Assembly (NCBI GenBank): GCA_965644295.1
Contig: CBFFRP010000256.1
Coordinates: 1 to 52,038 of the forward strand
Source of the DNA: Paraphysomonas bandaiensis
Lineage: Eukaryota; Protista; Chrysophyceae
Length of the DNA stretch: 52,038 nt
Direction of reading: 5' to 3'
Position 1 is the first letter of the stretch, and each line of letters starts with the position of its first letter. Positions 40,707 through 52,038 of the stretch are shown here, piece by piece. A program made the position numbers and the translations under genes. The notes beneath the pieces are model-generated. The model saw nothing but the letters and a program-made list of their open reading frames with translations. It was not told the DNA's origin and made no database searches.

Positions 40707-41087
40707 CACATACATACATACATACATACATACATACATACATACATACATACATACATACATACATACATACATACATACATACATACATACATACATA
40801 CCTACATACATACATACATACATACATACATACATACATACATACATACATACATACATACATACATACATACATACATACATACATACATACATACATA
40901 CATACATACATACATACATACTGTACATACATACATACATACATACATACATACATACATACATACATACATACATACATACATACATACATACATACAT
41001 ACATACATACATACATACATACATACATACATACATACATACATACATACATACATACATACATACATACATACATACATACATACA

Positions 41088-41116
<29 letters not shown>
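40707..41116. repeat. (ATAC)n microsatellite, left flank of the Crypton-like element
   Basis: About 100 units. Confidence 0.98.
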
Positions 41117-41119
<3 letters not shown>

Positions 41120-41859
41120 ATGAGTGCATATGTGAAGCTTTTTGCTACAACTGTGAAGCTACGTATTCTCTGTATACTGTGTATATGGTATACATAGGTA
41201 TACGTGTGCGTATATGGGAGTATACCTCTGGGTGACTTCGAAGTGAATGTGATGTGGATATATGCATATATGAGTACATGATTCAGAGGCTCTTTTGCTG
41301 CCTCTACTCACAGACACGAGTGAGGACTATCAACAGTGTGTGGTCATAGTGGTGTATAGTGGTGTGTGCTCCTCATGAGGAGAGAGACTCGTATGATCAT
41401 ATGAATAATACCGCAGCAGATACACACACATACATACAGAACACCCACACACACATACATGCATAGACCGCATGGAGCACCCTGAATAGCCATATAACTG
41501 AACCAGAAGCGTTCACCACTAATGCGCCTCTGAGTATGTTATTTTATATGGTGTATCTGCATTAATAGTGCTGTGGAAGCATGTGTATCCGTTAGAAGAC
41601 TGTGACGATGTTGTTTATGGAGCTGGTGGTGATCATCCATATGAGGACTTCCTCTATAAGGATAACATATGAGTAATATGAGAGTGTGGATGAGTTGTGG
41701 AAGTGGTGAGAGTGTATGTATGTGGTATAGGGACGCCTCTTACGACCCAACCAGTGACGATACTGTCGACCTTATGACTCCTAATACTGTATCATTCGTA
41801 ATTACCTGCTGTGTCCTGTAAGTATGACTGAGGTTTACATATAACATTCATCAAGATGT

Positions 41860-42052
41860 AGGTGATGTCGTAGATAAGATGTGTATGCATGTATGAAGGT
41901 GATGTCGAAGATAAGATGTATGTGCATGTATGTATGAAAGTGATGTCGAAGATAAGATGTATGTGCATGTATGTATGAAGGTGTTGTCGTAGATAAGATC
42001 TGTGTGCATGTTTGTATGAAGGTGTTGTCGTAGATAACATATGTATGTACAT
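41860..42052. repeat. 37-41-bp tandem repeat, 5 copies, inside the element
   Basis: Unit AGGTGATGTCG(T/A)AGATAAGATGTATGTGCATGTATGTATGA. Confidence 0.9.
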
Positions 42053-42499
42053 ATATTACAAGCGTTGTGTATCAGACCGTGTAGAGTAGTTTACTAATCA
42101 TTTATCAAGATGACGGTGCTATTGTAGCTAAGAGATTGTAGCGTTTGATATGCACTACTTAAAATTAAAGAACTATCATTTATCAATGCCGTACACGATT
42201 CAACTTGCAGATTTCATTGTACAAGCTACGTACGAAATTCACAATTATATCCAGCACACTATAAAATATTTCATCATTAGCACGTGGAGGAACATTATTG
42301 AGGTTGCTGTATCCATCTGGCAGCAGCCCATTATCACTCACGATAGTATTAACAAATGACCTCACGCACTGTACTAGCTCGAGTACAAGCAATAACATCA
42401 CTCTTCTGTATGTCAAACGTCAACCGACGACTTATGAGACGATATGGTCTTATTCCGCTCACCCTATCTCCATAGAACCATAAATCATACAGACAGATC

Positions 42500-43260
42500 A
42501 ATTGAATTCTGGCTGTAAATCTTCAACCCTTTGAAACGAAGTGCATAATCTGATCATCTTATCAGTTAAAGGGTTTCCACCATTTCATATTACATTCATG
42601 ATTATCTTGCATAATGCTCTTCTTTATCACTGACTTTTATGTCCGCTTTGTGCCCTTGCTCTTGAACAAGCATTGAGTCACCTTTCCAGCCAAAAAGTTC
42701 AATCATCAATGAAGCTACTGAATCAGATCTACTCATCAAATTCCACATCAGTACAAAATATGCCCACATGAACAAGATATAGGACCAACTGCCTGCAATG
42801 GCATAGTGTACCATTAACATCATCTTCGTCGCTAACGTGTTACAGCCATTCATTTTTAACGGACTTTCTTCTTCAGTTCATTGATATCTTTCTTGTAGCC
42901 ATCTACGGCCTGGCTTAGTTCTACATATGGCCAAAGTAATCAAGACAGATGTCTTTCGGGAATGGAATCTTCAAATTTTCATCATCATCAGAGCTTCAGG
43001 GTACTATGCTTTATACCACGCTGTAATATGGCCAACCTTTGCTTGTATGCTGCTTTCATTCCTGCTTTAGTTCGTTTCTTCTTATAGTCAGATACATTAT
43101 CAGCATTGGAGTCAACAGACACAACAGGCTGTCGGCGTATACGGCCACTTCCTCTTCCCCTTTGAGGCAACTCTTCTTCCCTGTCTGAGTCTGTCTCGTT
43201 CATGTTTGCAGTAAGTATGGTCGAATATTGATATATGCCACTAACGGCTGTCATGTTCAA
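42500..43260 (-). pseudogene. Degraded CryptonS-type tyrosine recombinase, N-terminal half
   Basis: Across frameshifts and stops: KAAYKQRL, LKIPFPKDICLDYFG, GYKKDINELKK, FMWAYFVLMWNLMSRSDSV..L....FGWKGDSM.....HKAD......EHYA. Confidence 0.7.
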
Positions 43261-43489
43261 GGAGAATAGTAGAGTATTCTAACAGTGTAAAGTGACAATT
43301 TCCCTGTAAAATGGTATTTTTATTATATAAAAATGCCTGTTTTTGTGTGAAGCCTAAAGCTTCACATATGCATTGAATATGATTATCTACTATATATTTG
43401 TCCGTATTCGAGGCATATGTGAAGCTTTTGGCTTCACACTTGGGGTTTTTAGATGAGGAAAAAACCCATAGAGCTTCACATATGCAGTC

Positions 43490-43631
43490 CATACATACAT
43501 ACATACATACATACATACATACATACATACATACATACATACATACATACATACATACATGCATACATACATACATACATACATACATACATACATACAT
43601 ACATACATACATACATACATACATACATACA

Positions 43632-43663
<32 letters not shown>

Positions 43664-43668
43664 CATAC
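43490..43668. repeat. (ATAC)n microsatellite, right flank of the Crypton-like element
   Basis: About 44 units, same orientation as the left tract. Confidence 0.98.
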
Positions 43669-43781
43669 GTCTCGTATAGGGGTATATAGTGTATCAGCCA
43701 CATAGCCTCAGCCAGAGATACTATCATATCACAGCCTCCTCTCATCACCTCTCCACTTACCTTATAACCAAACAATCAGGT

Positions 43782-44654
43782 ATGAGGTATTGGAGAAGAT
43801 ATCTATCTACAGTAATTAACCATACTAATGGTAATAATGGAGAAAGCAGACCATTATTCGACGTGGTGTTTCGATGTGGTCTATGGACTGTTGTTACTAT
43901 AGGCATATCATCTAAAGTCATACAAGTAACACAAGTGAAAGATGATAGTATTAGGTGATATAAGATGTTCATGATATTAATAGTATTGTTGTGATAGTTC
44001 TACAGGGGACTCAATGAAGGTGACTGGGTGCTTGGTTCACGGTTACATAATCTACCCAAGAATGGTCACTTGTTTGTTATAGTGTACGTAGTATATTAGT
44101 AATAAAATGTATATATGTTTTATATTTTGCACAGAGATCCATTTGAACCCAATGAGCGCAAGGTTAGGAGAGTTGTCGCCGCTGAAAATGGTTGGGTGAG
44201 ATTCAAAGATATGTTTGCACAAATGCAACCAGGAACGTGCTGGATGACAAGTGACAAGTACAGCGTATCGCCCGATGGAATTGAACAGTCATATGAGGTG
44301 TGTAGATTATTATCTTGTGGTTGTAGTATAGAAATTATGTCCTTGACTTTCTCCTATTTTTATTAGGTCAATCATGGATTGATTGAATCGAAGGTGATGA
44401 CTATTTTGTGGCCTCCACACCGCATTTCGAAGCCTATATCGCATGTTGATAAGCCAACGAAAGAAGATAGAGAAGAAAATGAAGAGATAAAATTGAAAAG
44501 TAAAGAAAAAAGTGTTAGTAGAGAAAGGGTAAATGGAAATGAGAAAGTTAGTGGAAGTGAGAAAGAAGTGAAAGATTTGGAGGATGATGACGAGTGTGAA
44601 GAAGAGAAGGAAGTGAAAGAGGAAGATGAGGCGAAAGAAGATAAAGATGAATAG
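43782..44654 (+). CDS. Divergent mitochondrial inner membrane protease (IMP1/IMP2, S26)-like protein, 4 exons, acidic tail
   Basis: Spliced product VKDDSIRGLNEGDWVLGSRL..PKNGHLFVIVDPFEPNERKVRRVVAAENGWV...CWMTSD...GLIESKVMTILWPPHRI. Confidence 0.7.
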
Positions 44655-45163
44655 TTGTATACAAACTAGTAACCTTGTAGTATGCGATGTTGTATGATAA
44701 CTATGATGAAATTTTTAAAATATGTAATCTGTCAAAATCATTAGACTCATAGTAGTGAATCGCACTTATCAACGCTATTGATTTCCAGAATCTACCTTCT
44801 AAATATAGTAGATACACTCACACAAAAGCTTGCAATATTGTACAGTATAATGTAAGTCAAGTTCAAATAAGAGAGTGTTATCCAGTTGCCATTGCCATGA
44901 TATTAAAACTCTTTTGACAGATACTCATGGTATCTACGGTTCCGACACACTGACTCCTCTATTCTTAGTCGTCATTACTTCGACTACGACTCTGTGGTAA
45001 CTATATATACTTAGTACTTAGTATACTGTATACCACATACCACATGCATTATAGTAGATTTACTCATTTCGGGATAATTATTCAGCTCAGTTATTATGTA
45101 CAGTACATACAAAAGAAATATTAGTCATATCGTGGAGTACAACAGAGATTCCATAATGTTAAT

Positions 45164-46032
45164 CTACACATTAGTATCTCCAGCAACTATGTCAGTCCCG
45201 CGAAAACTATCATTGGAAGGGAAACCTGTCGGATGAATTTTACTTCCTCTCGATCTCTTTCCGGTCTTCCGTTTATCTTTTTTCTCGCGTTGCAACGATT
45301 TCTCCTCTAACAGATCCATCCTAAAAAGTTATAAAATAAAATAGAGTACACCAACATATGCTCAGCATCCTACTTGTAATCGTACATACGTCGAATGCTT
45401 CGTTGTTCTTTGAATACAGAACTCCTATCGACCTCTCCACCGACAATACTAGTATAAGGAACGAACTGAGGCTGACACCATCCCACAATACAAGACAAAT
45501 GCAGACACGTAAGGACAATCCAAGCGCTCATTCCGAAGGAAGCAATGTCTCTCCAATAGTAAAACACGAGGATCTCAGTTGTGTATTCGCCGTTGGGAGC
45601 ATTGTAATGCCGTACCTGATCAATATAATCGTAAACAAGTACCGCAGATACGGCATCAAATAATGCCAATACAAGTGCACCAAAAATGCATATCCATCGA
45701 GCCAAAGCGTGCATTTCACTGAAAACTCCCATACTTAGAGTTACAATCCCACACAACGGTCGTCCAAAACCATAAGTCCAATAATAATTATAGCTCTTCG
45801 ATGTCAAAGTAATAGGGCTCCCAAGAGATATAACACAATATAAAAGTGGTAGTAATAAAGCACATTCTATAAATATTTGAAACTTAAGTAAGAGTGATAA
45901 CTTTCTAGCTGACATATAATCCCACCATGATTTTCTACCTCTAGAAAATATAAATACTAAAATAAAAATAATAATAACAGCTATAAAACATCGTATTAAA
46001 TGTTCTCTTGCTTCTGATACAGCATTAACCAT
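45164..46032 (-). CDS. Multi-pass membrane protein of unknown family, 2 exons
   Basis: 220-aa ORF with about 5 hydrophobic segments; an intron at ~45372-45321 leads to a basic tail ending DTNV-TAG. Confidence 0.75.
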
Positions 46033-46922
46033 CTGATATGATATGAATTGCTTAGTTGAGTGATGTTATATATATATGTCCTGTGATATGATTATAATAA
46101 GGGAGTAAGTTAGAATGATTCAGGATGTTTTCTTTGCTCTAATGGCTAACTGGATTTGTTGTAGTATGGTGTGGTTGCATTGCTTATTATCTGGATTGGT
46201 GTGGTATGTTTAATGTATGTATGGTATGAACGTGTTACGTTGAGCTTATATCTATATACAGCACTGTGTACTACTGATGCTGCTGTACATATACGAAGTA
46301 TGTATGTAGGTCCATAAGCCGGAGACGGCTGTTCACCTTCCCGTATGTTCATACTTTCCCTCATGGTACCCTCCTTTCAAGGTCTTGGACAAAAACTTGG
46401 ACAAAAACTTGGTAAGTTTTTCATGGATTTCAAGGCTTGGACGTAAAATAAGTCAACTTTTTTTCGCGGTCCGGATGCGGCGGAAAAAAAACTGGATGTT
46501 TTTTGCAAACCACGGACGCACCTCATACAGCCACAAAACCCATAATATTCAATATTCGGCACACCACAAAATACAAAATATAGCACATCAATACTAAATA
46601 TCTAGCTTTTTATATATGGTGAACATCTAGAAACCAATAAAAAAATGGAATAAAATAGAAAAATAGAAGAATATAGAGCAAAAAAAATGGTGGTATAGTA
46701 AATTTCTATATGCTGATGTTGTAGAAACCATATGAAAATTAGCCACACATTACATCCCTGCAAGTCACCTCATCATCTCCACTATCACTACATCACTATC
46801 ATACTTCATTGTTATATAGAAGAGTTTTATATTGCATTAATTTATTGGATTGTATACATAGAAGGGTTACTATGAGACGATAGACTATCAGTTAAGGCTT
46901 ATAGATATATACATACATACAT

Positions 46923-48179
46923 ATGGAAACCACCCGTAGACGTGGGAGATCCTTTATAGACGAGGATGATAGTGATACCAATCCTTCTGTATCTCAACCA
47001 CAATCTGAATCATCAGATAGCGGGCCTGTTCCATATGATCCATCAATAACCTTTGAAGATGATAGTGATGAGCCCGCTGATGAGATCGACCATCTCACTG
47101 AAGAGAATGAAGAAGAATACTTTTCAAGAGGTAGAAGTCGTAGTAGAAGTGTTCATGAAGGGGATGATACGAAGATTAAAGTATTGAGTGAAGAAGAGAT
47201 TCAGAAACAAATGGCAAAATGTAAACAATCTAGTAGTGAGCGCAGCTGCAGTGTTGAGAAGTCAGGCCCTCTGCAACACCGTGAAGTAGTTGCATTGCAA
47301 CAGGTGAGTGTAGAGATGTGCTCGTAGTTTTAGTGATTGTACACTAATATTGTTGATGTAGGGTTTAAAAGAAGCCACCCACCAGCGCCGTGTCTCTGAG
47401 CAAAGAGAGGAGCAGGCCGAGCTTGAAGCCGCAATGAGAGAAAAAGAGCAGAGGTCAGTTAGCACAAGTGGACATGCTACCACGTCAGCGGTACAGATAG
47501 GCTCCGACCCCCCCATGAGGCGAGTTAAGATCCTGTTGCTTGGGGATACAAACGTCGGCAAAACGAGTATTATCAGCCGTTTGACAACTGGAGATTTCAG
47601 GCCGCAGTTGGTGTCAACTGTAGGTGTTGATTACAAGGTGAAAAAGATCAATTTGGATAGCGAGCCCATTCAAGTTCAGTTGTGGGACACCGCCGGTTCA
47701 GAGCGGTTTCATCAGATTACCACATCGTATTACCGCGGAGTGAATGGAATAATGCTTTGCTTTGATGTCAGTGTACGAGACACGTTCGAACGCGTCACAC
47801 ACTGGATCCATAACATCAAGAAGTACTCAAACGATAACGTTCAGGTTTTACTGGTAGGTAACAAAATTGACTTGAGGGATGGGGATAACGCACCGGATTG
47901 TGTGAGTGAAAAGGAGGTCAAGCAACTTGCCAACAAGTAAGTTATAAAAATATACACTGACGTCGTTTTTCTTCGGTGTAACGATTGTGCTTATGTTAAA
48001 CTAGATTTGGAGTGCCATATGCAGAAACTAGTGCTCTTACTGCAGACAATGTAGAAAGTGCTCTACAATCCATTGTCCGAGCCATAGTGCAAGTGGACGA
48101 TGGCACCAGTAGTCCGATCAGAAAGTCGGTGGATGCTGTGCTGCGCCGGGACAAAAAAGAAAAATGTGTAGTTTCGTAG
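46923..48179 (+). CDS. Rab GTPase (Rab8/Rab1-like) with long acidic N-terminal extension and CaaX end, 3 exons
   Basis: GDTNVGKT, STVGVDY, WDTAGSERF, YYRG, GNKIDL, ETSA and C-terminal CVVS. Confidence 0.92.
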
Positions 48180-49209
48180 GCGGCTGAAAGATTTCTGCCA
48201 GTACAGATGACTATACTAGTTTTTGATCCACTGACACATGGATGTCGCCGATATTTATCGTATTTTGTAATGTATATATGTGGTGGCGTTAAGTCGCTGT
48301 CTTATGGGCGCATTCGTATCGAGTATGGTGGGGATCAGTTGTGTTGTGTTCGGTGTAGAATGTGTGAGACTAAGGTAATAATGATTCATGATATACAAGG
48401 CATCCTGCCGTAATTTTCATTGGTAAAGTTGCACATGTAATATTTTAGCATTTGAGAGAGCATCAGTGCTGACAAACCATTCCAATTCAAGTGACAACCT
48501 GACAAAACGTGAGTTACGTTTTGCCAATAAGGAACAGAGAATGCGGCAGGAAAAGCTGGCTGGTAGCTGGCATTATAGACACTGTAAAGATTATGCAATA
48601 GTTATTGCAAAGGAAAATTACAACTATTTATGGGAAATATCGATGAATTATATATATGAACATATGAACTAGTCATTGTGTTGCTCTATTGTCATGCGTT
48701 TTCGTAATTGAATCAAATTACTGCAGTACTTCTAGATGGAAACTATTTGTACAAGCTCTGTACTCTCTCACCAGAATTAGATACACGCACTCAAGAACAC
48801 AACCAAGGCGAAAATAATCGGATTTATTGCAACAGAAAACAAAAATATAAGCATTTAGGTCACCATAGAATTGAGTTGCAGGCCTTTCGGTTCTGCGACA
48901 AGATTTTCGGATTCCTGAATGCTGACTTCATTCTCAAGGTATTGGTTAAATGGTTCCTCTTCTAATGACTCACTTTCAGTTCTCGTGCAACGAGACAAGA
49001 AGGTTCTTCCCTGATGGGTAGCTTCTGTACTACCACGAACTGGTAAGGGTTCTTTCATAAATTCGCTACTGTGAAAATATTGTTGATTTTTGAGCAACTT
49101 ATCTCGTACTATACAACACTCTGCCCTACGATGGCAAATACAGTCCAACATAAAGTTTCACTCTATTAACCAGCTCCAAGCCCAATGTCTCTATTGAGAC
49201 TGTGGCTGA

Positions 49210-52038
49210 GTCACATCAGTGTGCCCAGGGCCTTTTACACTCCCTTACTGCTGCATTTTGTTGACCACCACGCTTCCGACAAATTACCTGTCACACCATG
49301 TTGTACACGCTCCAAGCCTGGCCTTGCAATCTTCACCCTACTCAACTACTTCAGTTAAACCACGTGCCTGCACCAATGCAGCGCTGACCGCACCTACGTG
49401 CTATCCCCTCAGCAGACAACTTCGTCTCACCCATCGCTTTCTACGGCTACAACCTCTCAGAACATGGCTCGTGCGAGCAGGCTCACGAAAACGACCCCCA
49501 TGGACCCCCTATGCAATCACTGAATACTCTCGATCCCTCTCAACTGTGCAACAGGGCTGCCTTCTGCCGCCCACTCAACCCAACCCAACATGGTTTGTCT
49601 GTGGTCCATCCACCCAGCAGGCTACCCCCTCACCCTGTTCACCTATCACCCCCACAGCCCATCCATCTCATTGGATAGACACTGTATTCCGCATACGGTA
49701 TACTCGACTACTGTACTACTGTGTCCTACAGGATGTATACCATTCCGTGTATACCTCTACTGCTGTTGGACACATCACCATGTCCATGTACCTGTCTACC
49801 TGTACTGTTGGACACATCACCATGTCCATGTACCTGTCTACCTGTACTGTTGGACACATCACCATGTCCATGTACCTGTCTACCTGTACTGTTGGACACA
49901 TCACCAGCTCTCTCTCACTGTCCAACACACTCATAACACCACTGCAGTGTCATACACACACACAGTACACTCTACCTCCTCCTAGAAAACCCCCAGACAA
50001 ACTATCGCCTCTCCCTTACTGGGCGTACTGGTCCACCCACTATTCCTCCTTCCTTCCACAAACTCAATTCCTTCCATCTTATGATGTGTTTTGCTCCAAC
50101 GATCACTTCTTCCTGGACACCAAATACCCGGTGGAGTTGGAACTACACGCGCTACTCGAGAGAATTCCTGACCTCGTCATCATGCGTCTCCAAAATGTGT
50201 TGCAATGTCATTCCAAGGGAATGCAAGGAGTCCACCGTGCCAGGTCCATCAACCATCCCTCCCACGCCCTTCAGGGGAAGGAATTCTCCTCCGATAACAG
50301 CGGTGACGGACCCAGCAAATCCACCCACACATTACCCTTACCCACTAAGGATGCCACCACACCGTATGCAACGTTATTTGACTATTTCCCAGTCAAACGG
50401 AAGCCACCTACCACCAACCTTACTCAACTGAACACCATGGGAACTCCAGCATTAGCCCCAGACGGCCCATCCTCACTCTCCACTACCACTCCTGACCTCA
50501 GGCCGGATGTACTGCCCAAGGATATTGCCACATACCCCCTACACTACACAGAGGGCCGGGGTCACACGCCCTTTCACTCCGATCTGCTGAACAACTGGGT
50601 TAGATATGATGAAACCCAAACCATTGCTGCCTCCCCACAGGGAAACCTTTTAAAAGAAATATACGCACACATGCTATCCCCTGCCTGTTTAGACATATGG
50701 GAAGGATTCATAGCCAAGGCTTCCAGGACGGACAACTATGATCTCATGATATCATTCACGCTACCAGAGCACAAATTGGACACCACGCACAGCGCCCTAC
50801 TAGTTGCCCAGCATCTCGCGAATGGCAACAAACCCTGGGCAGACTCCACTCATGTTGTATCTAGGCATGTGCGGACCCTTTGCCTGACAAAGGGTATTCC
50901 CTCAACAGCCACTGTCACTCTCCGTAAGACACTTATGCAATATGAATCCTCGAATCCACACACAGGACTACATCTAGACACGGAGGATTTCCAACTGCTA
51001 CTCGATCTTCTCTCCATACCATACAGACTATGGGACGCTGTTCAACCGCACCTGGCGCCTGGTTGGGCACAGCTATCACCATTCTCCAGACAGGCACTAA
51101 CAGTGCACGCTTCTACCAACACTGTGGTAACCCATGACATCATACGCAGCCAGCATGGGTTTCACATACTAAATGCAACAAATATCCCCACCTCCATCAT
51201 GCACGCTCTAACACGAACTCAGGAGCGGCTATCCTGTTTTCTACAACACCAGACCTCCAGACAGAGCACCAACATCATCTGGACTTCTGAACCGTCAACT
51301 GTACCATCTATGCTACATGAGCAAAGAGAGCAACAGGAACAGAGGGAAGTAATTGCAGTCTCCTTGTCACCGAGAGCTCGACGTCAACTACGGCAGATGA
51401 ACCCCACGGACCGTCGACAACTCAGGCTCCATATGTGCGACATGAGCAGAGTCTATCGCCTCACCCTCAGACCCTCAGCCCTTCGCACACAACAACATAT
51501 CCCAAGTGATGGATACTGCGCATACAGCACACTCTATCATCTGCACATTCTTGCTTCAAGCAGGCGACACACTCGCTCCTGTCTGAAATTAGACCTCAAA
51601 CAACGCAAGGACCGTCACACGCTAGCATCTTTTATAAATACATTAGGCACCCAAGCGTTCGACACAATGCAACGGGAGTGCATGGCCCATCACACACTTC
51701 AGCCACTACGACATAAGTTGGATCACGCACAGGCCGCACTTTTAATACCTGCCAAAACAACATACACTACGGAGGACGACATAACTCACTGGCTCTCAGT
51801 GCGAGAGGTCCACCTTTTAGCCTCTACTATCAACCCCTGCACGACGTGGGCGCAAAATGGTAATTATCTCAGCATTGTAGGTATCCCTACTGACAAAGTA
51901 GCTTATAACATCGCATGGAAGGTGGAGGAACTTAGGAACGCTATTCGTGATAACTACTACCATGTCATACTACAAGATGCTCACTACTTCCTCTTAGACC
52001 CTGCCGGTCTTTCTACTGCCCTAGACAACGCCCTACTA
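49210..52038 (+). mobile_element. Open frame of at least 943 codons (first ATG 49780; runs off the window), probable retroelement polyprotein with OTU-like cysteine protease domain
   Basis: Manual translation found no stop in frame +1 after TGA 49207-49209. IPSDGYCAYSTL (Cys 51517), HWLSVREVHLLA and DAHYF (His 51982). Intronless and C/A-rich like the LINE fragments. Confidence 0.6.
49763..49906. repeat. 42-bp tandem repeat, 3.4 copies, in frame within the long ORF
   Basis: Unit CTGTTGGACACATCACCATGTCCATGTACCTGTCTACCTGTA. Confidence 0.95.

Larger units (their letters stand above)
41113..43493 (-). mobile_element. Crypton-like (tyrosine recombinase) DNA transposon, defective, inserted in an (ATAC)n tract
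   Basis: 15-bp inverted repeats TGCATATGTGAAGCT (41125-41139 / 43472-43486) abut same-orientation microsatellites. The minus-strand ends are TATGG and TATGT, and there is an internal YR remnant. Confidence 0.75.

Noticed and set aside
48386-49151. Short ORFs upstream of the giant ORF as a possible ORF1/gag
   Set aside because: Fragmented, on mixed strands, with composition unlike the C/A-rich element and no zinc knuckle or RRM seen.

Overview
Eukaryotic nuclear DNA, AT-rich, with short (mostly 45-60 nt) GT-AG introns. The calmodulin C-terminus (...EEILEAF...KMMMSK), the LNR repeat type and a CryptonS-type recombinase point to a stramenopile; this is an inference. Housekeeping genes: lysyl-tRNA synthetase with an extra C-terminal EF1B/GST-like domain, RPL23A, calmodulin, a PIG3-type quinone oxidoreductase, a Rab8-like GTPase, an IMP/S26-like protein, a GT34-like glycosyltransferase, a CAR/GCR1-like 7TM receptor, and a Pol III cluster (tRNA-Ser(UGA), U6 snRNA, an orphan B-box and a decayed U6 copy). 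The accessory content is the more interesting part. (1) A ~2.4 kb Crypton-like tyrosine-recombinase element with 15-bp subterminal inverted repeats and dyad sites sits inside an (ATAC)n microsatellite (41113-43493). (2) A non-LTR retrotransposon family and a ~480-bp SINE-like partner share a 3' tail and make 12-bp TSDs. (3) A reading frame of at least 943 codons, absent from the ORF track, carries an OTU-like protease motif and runs off the right edge. (4) A disrupted gene joins a bacterial-style metzincin/Ig-like body to a eukaryotic signal exon, a P/T stalk and LNR repeats. (5) A tandem pair of orphan Zn-finger genes shows clustered non-synonymous divergence. All family assignments come from motif recognition by eye; no database search was run, and repeat boundaries are approximate unless a TSD is given.
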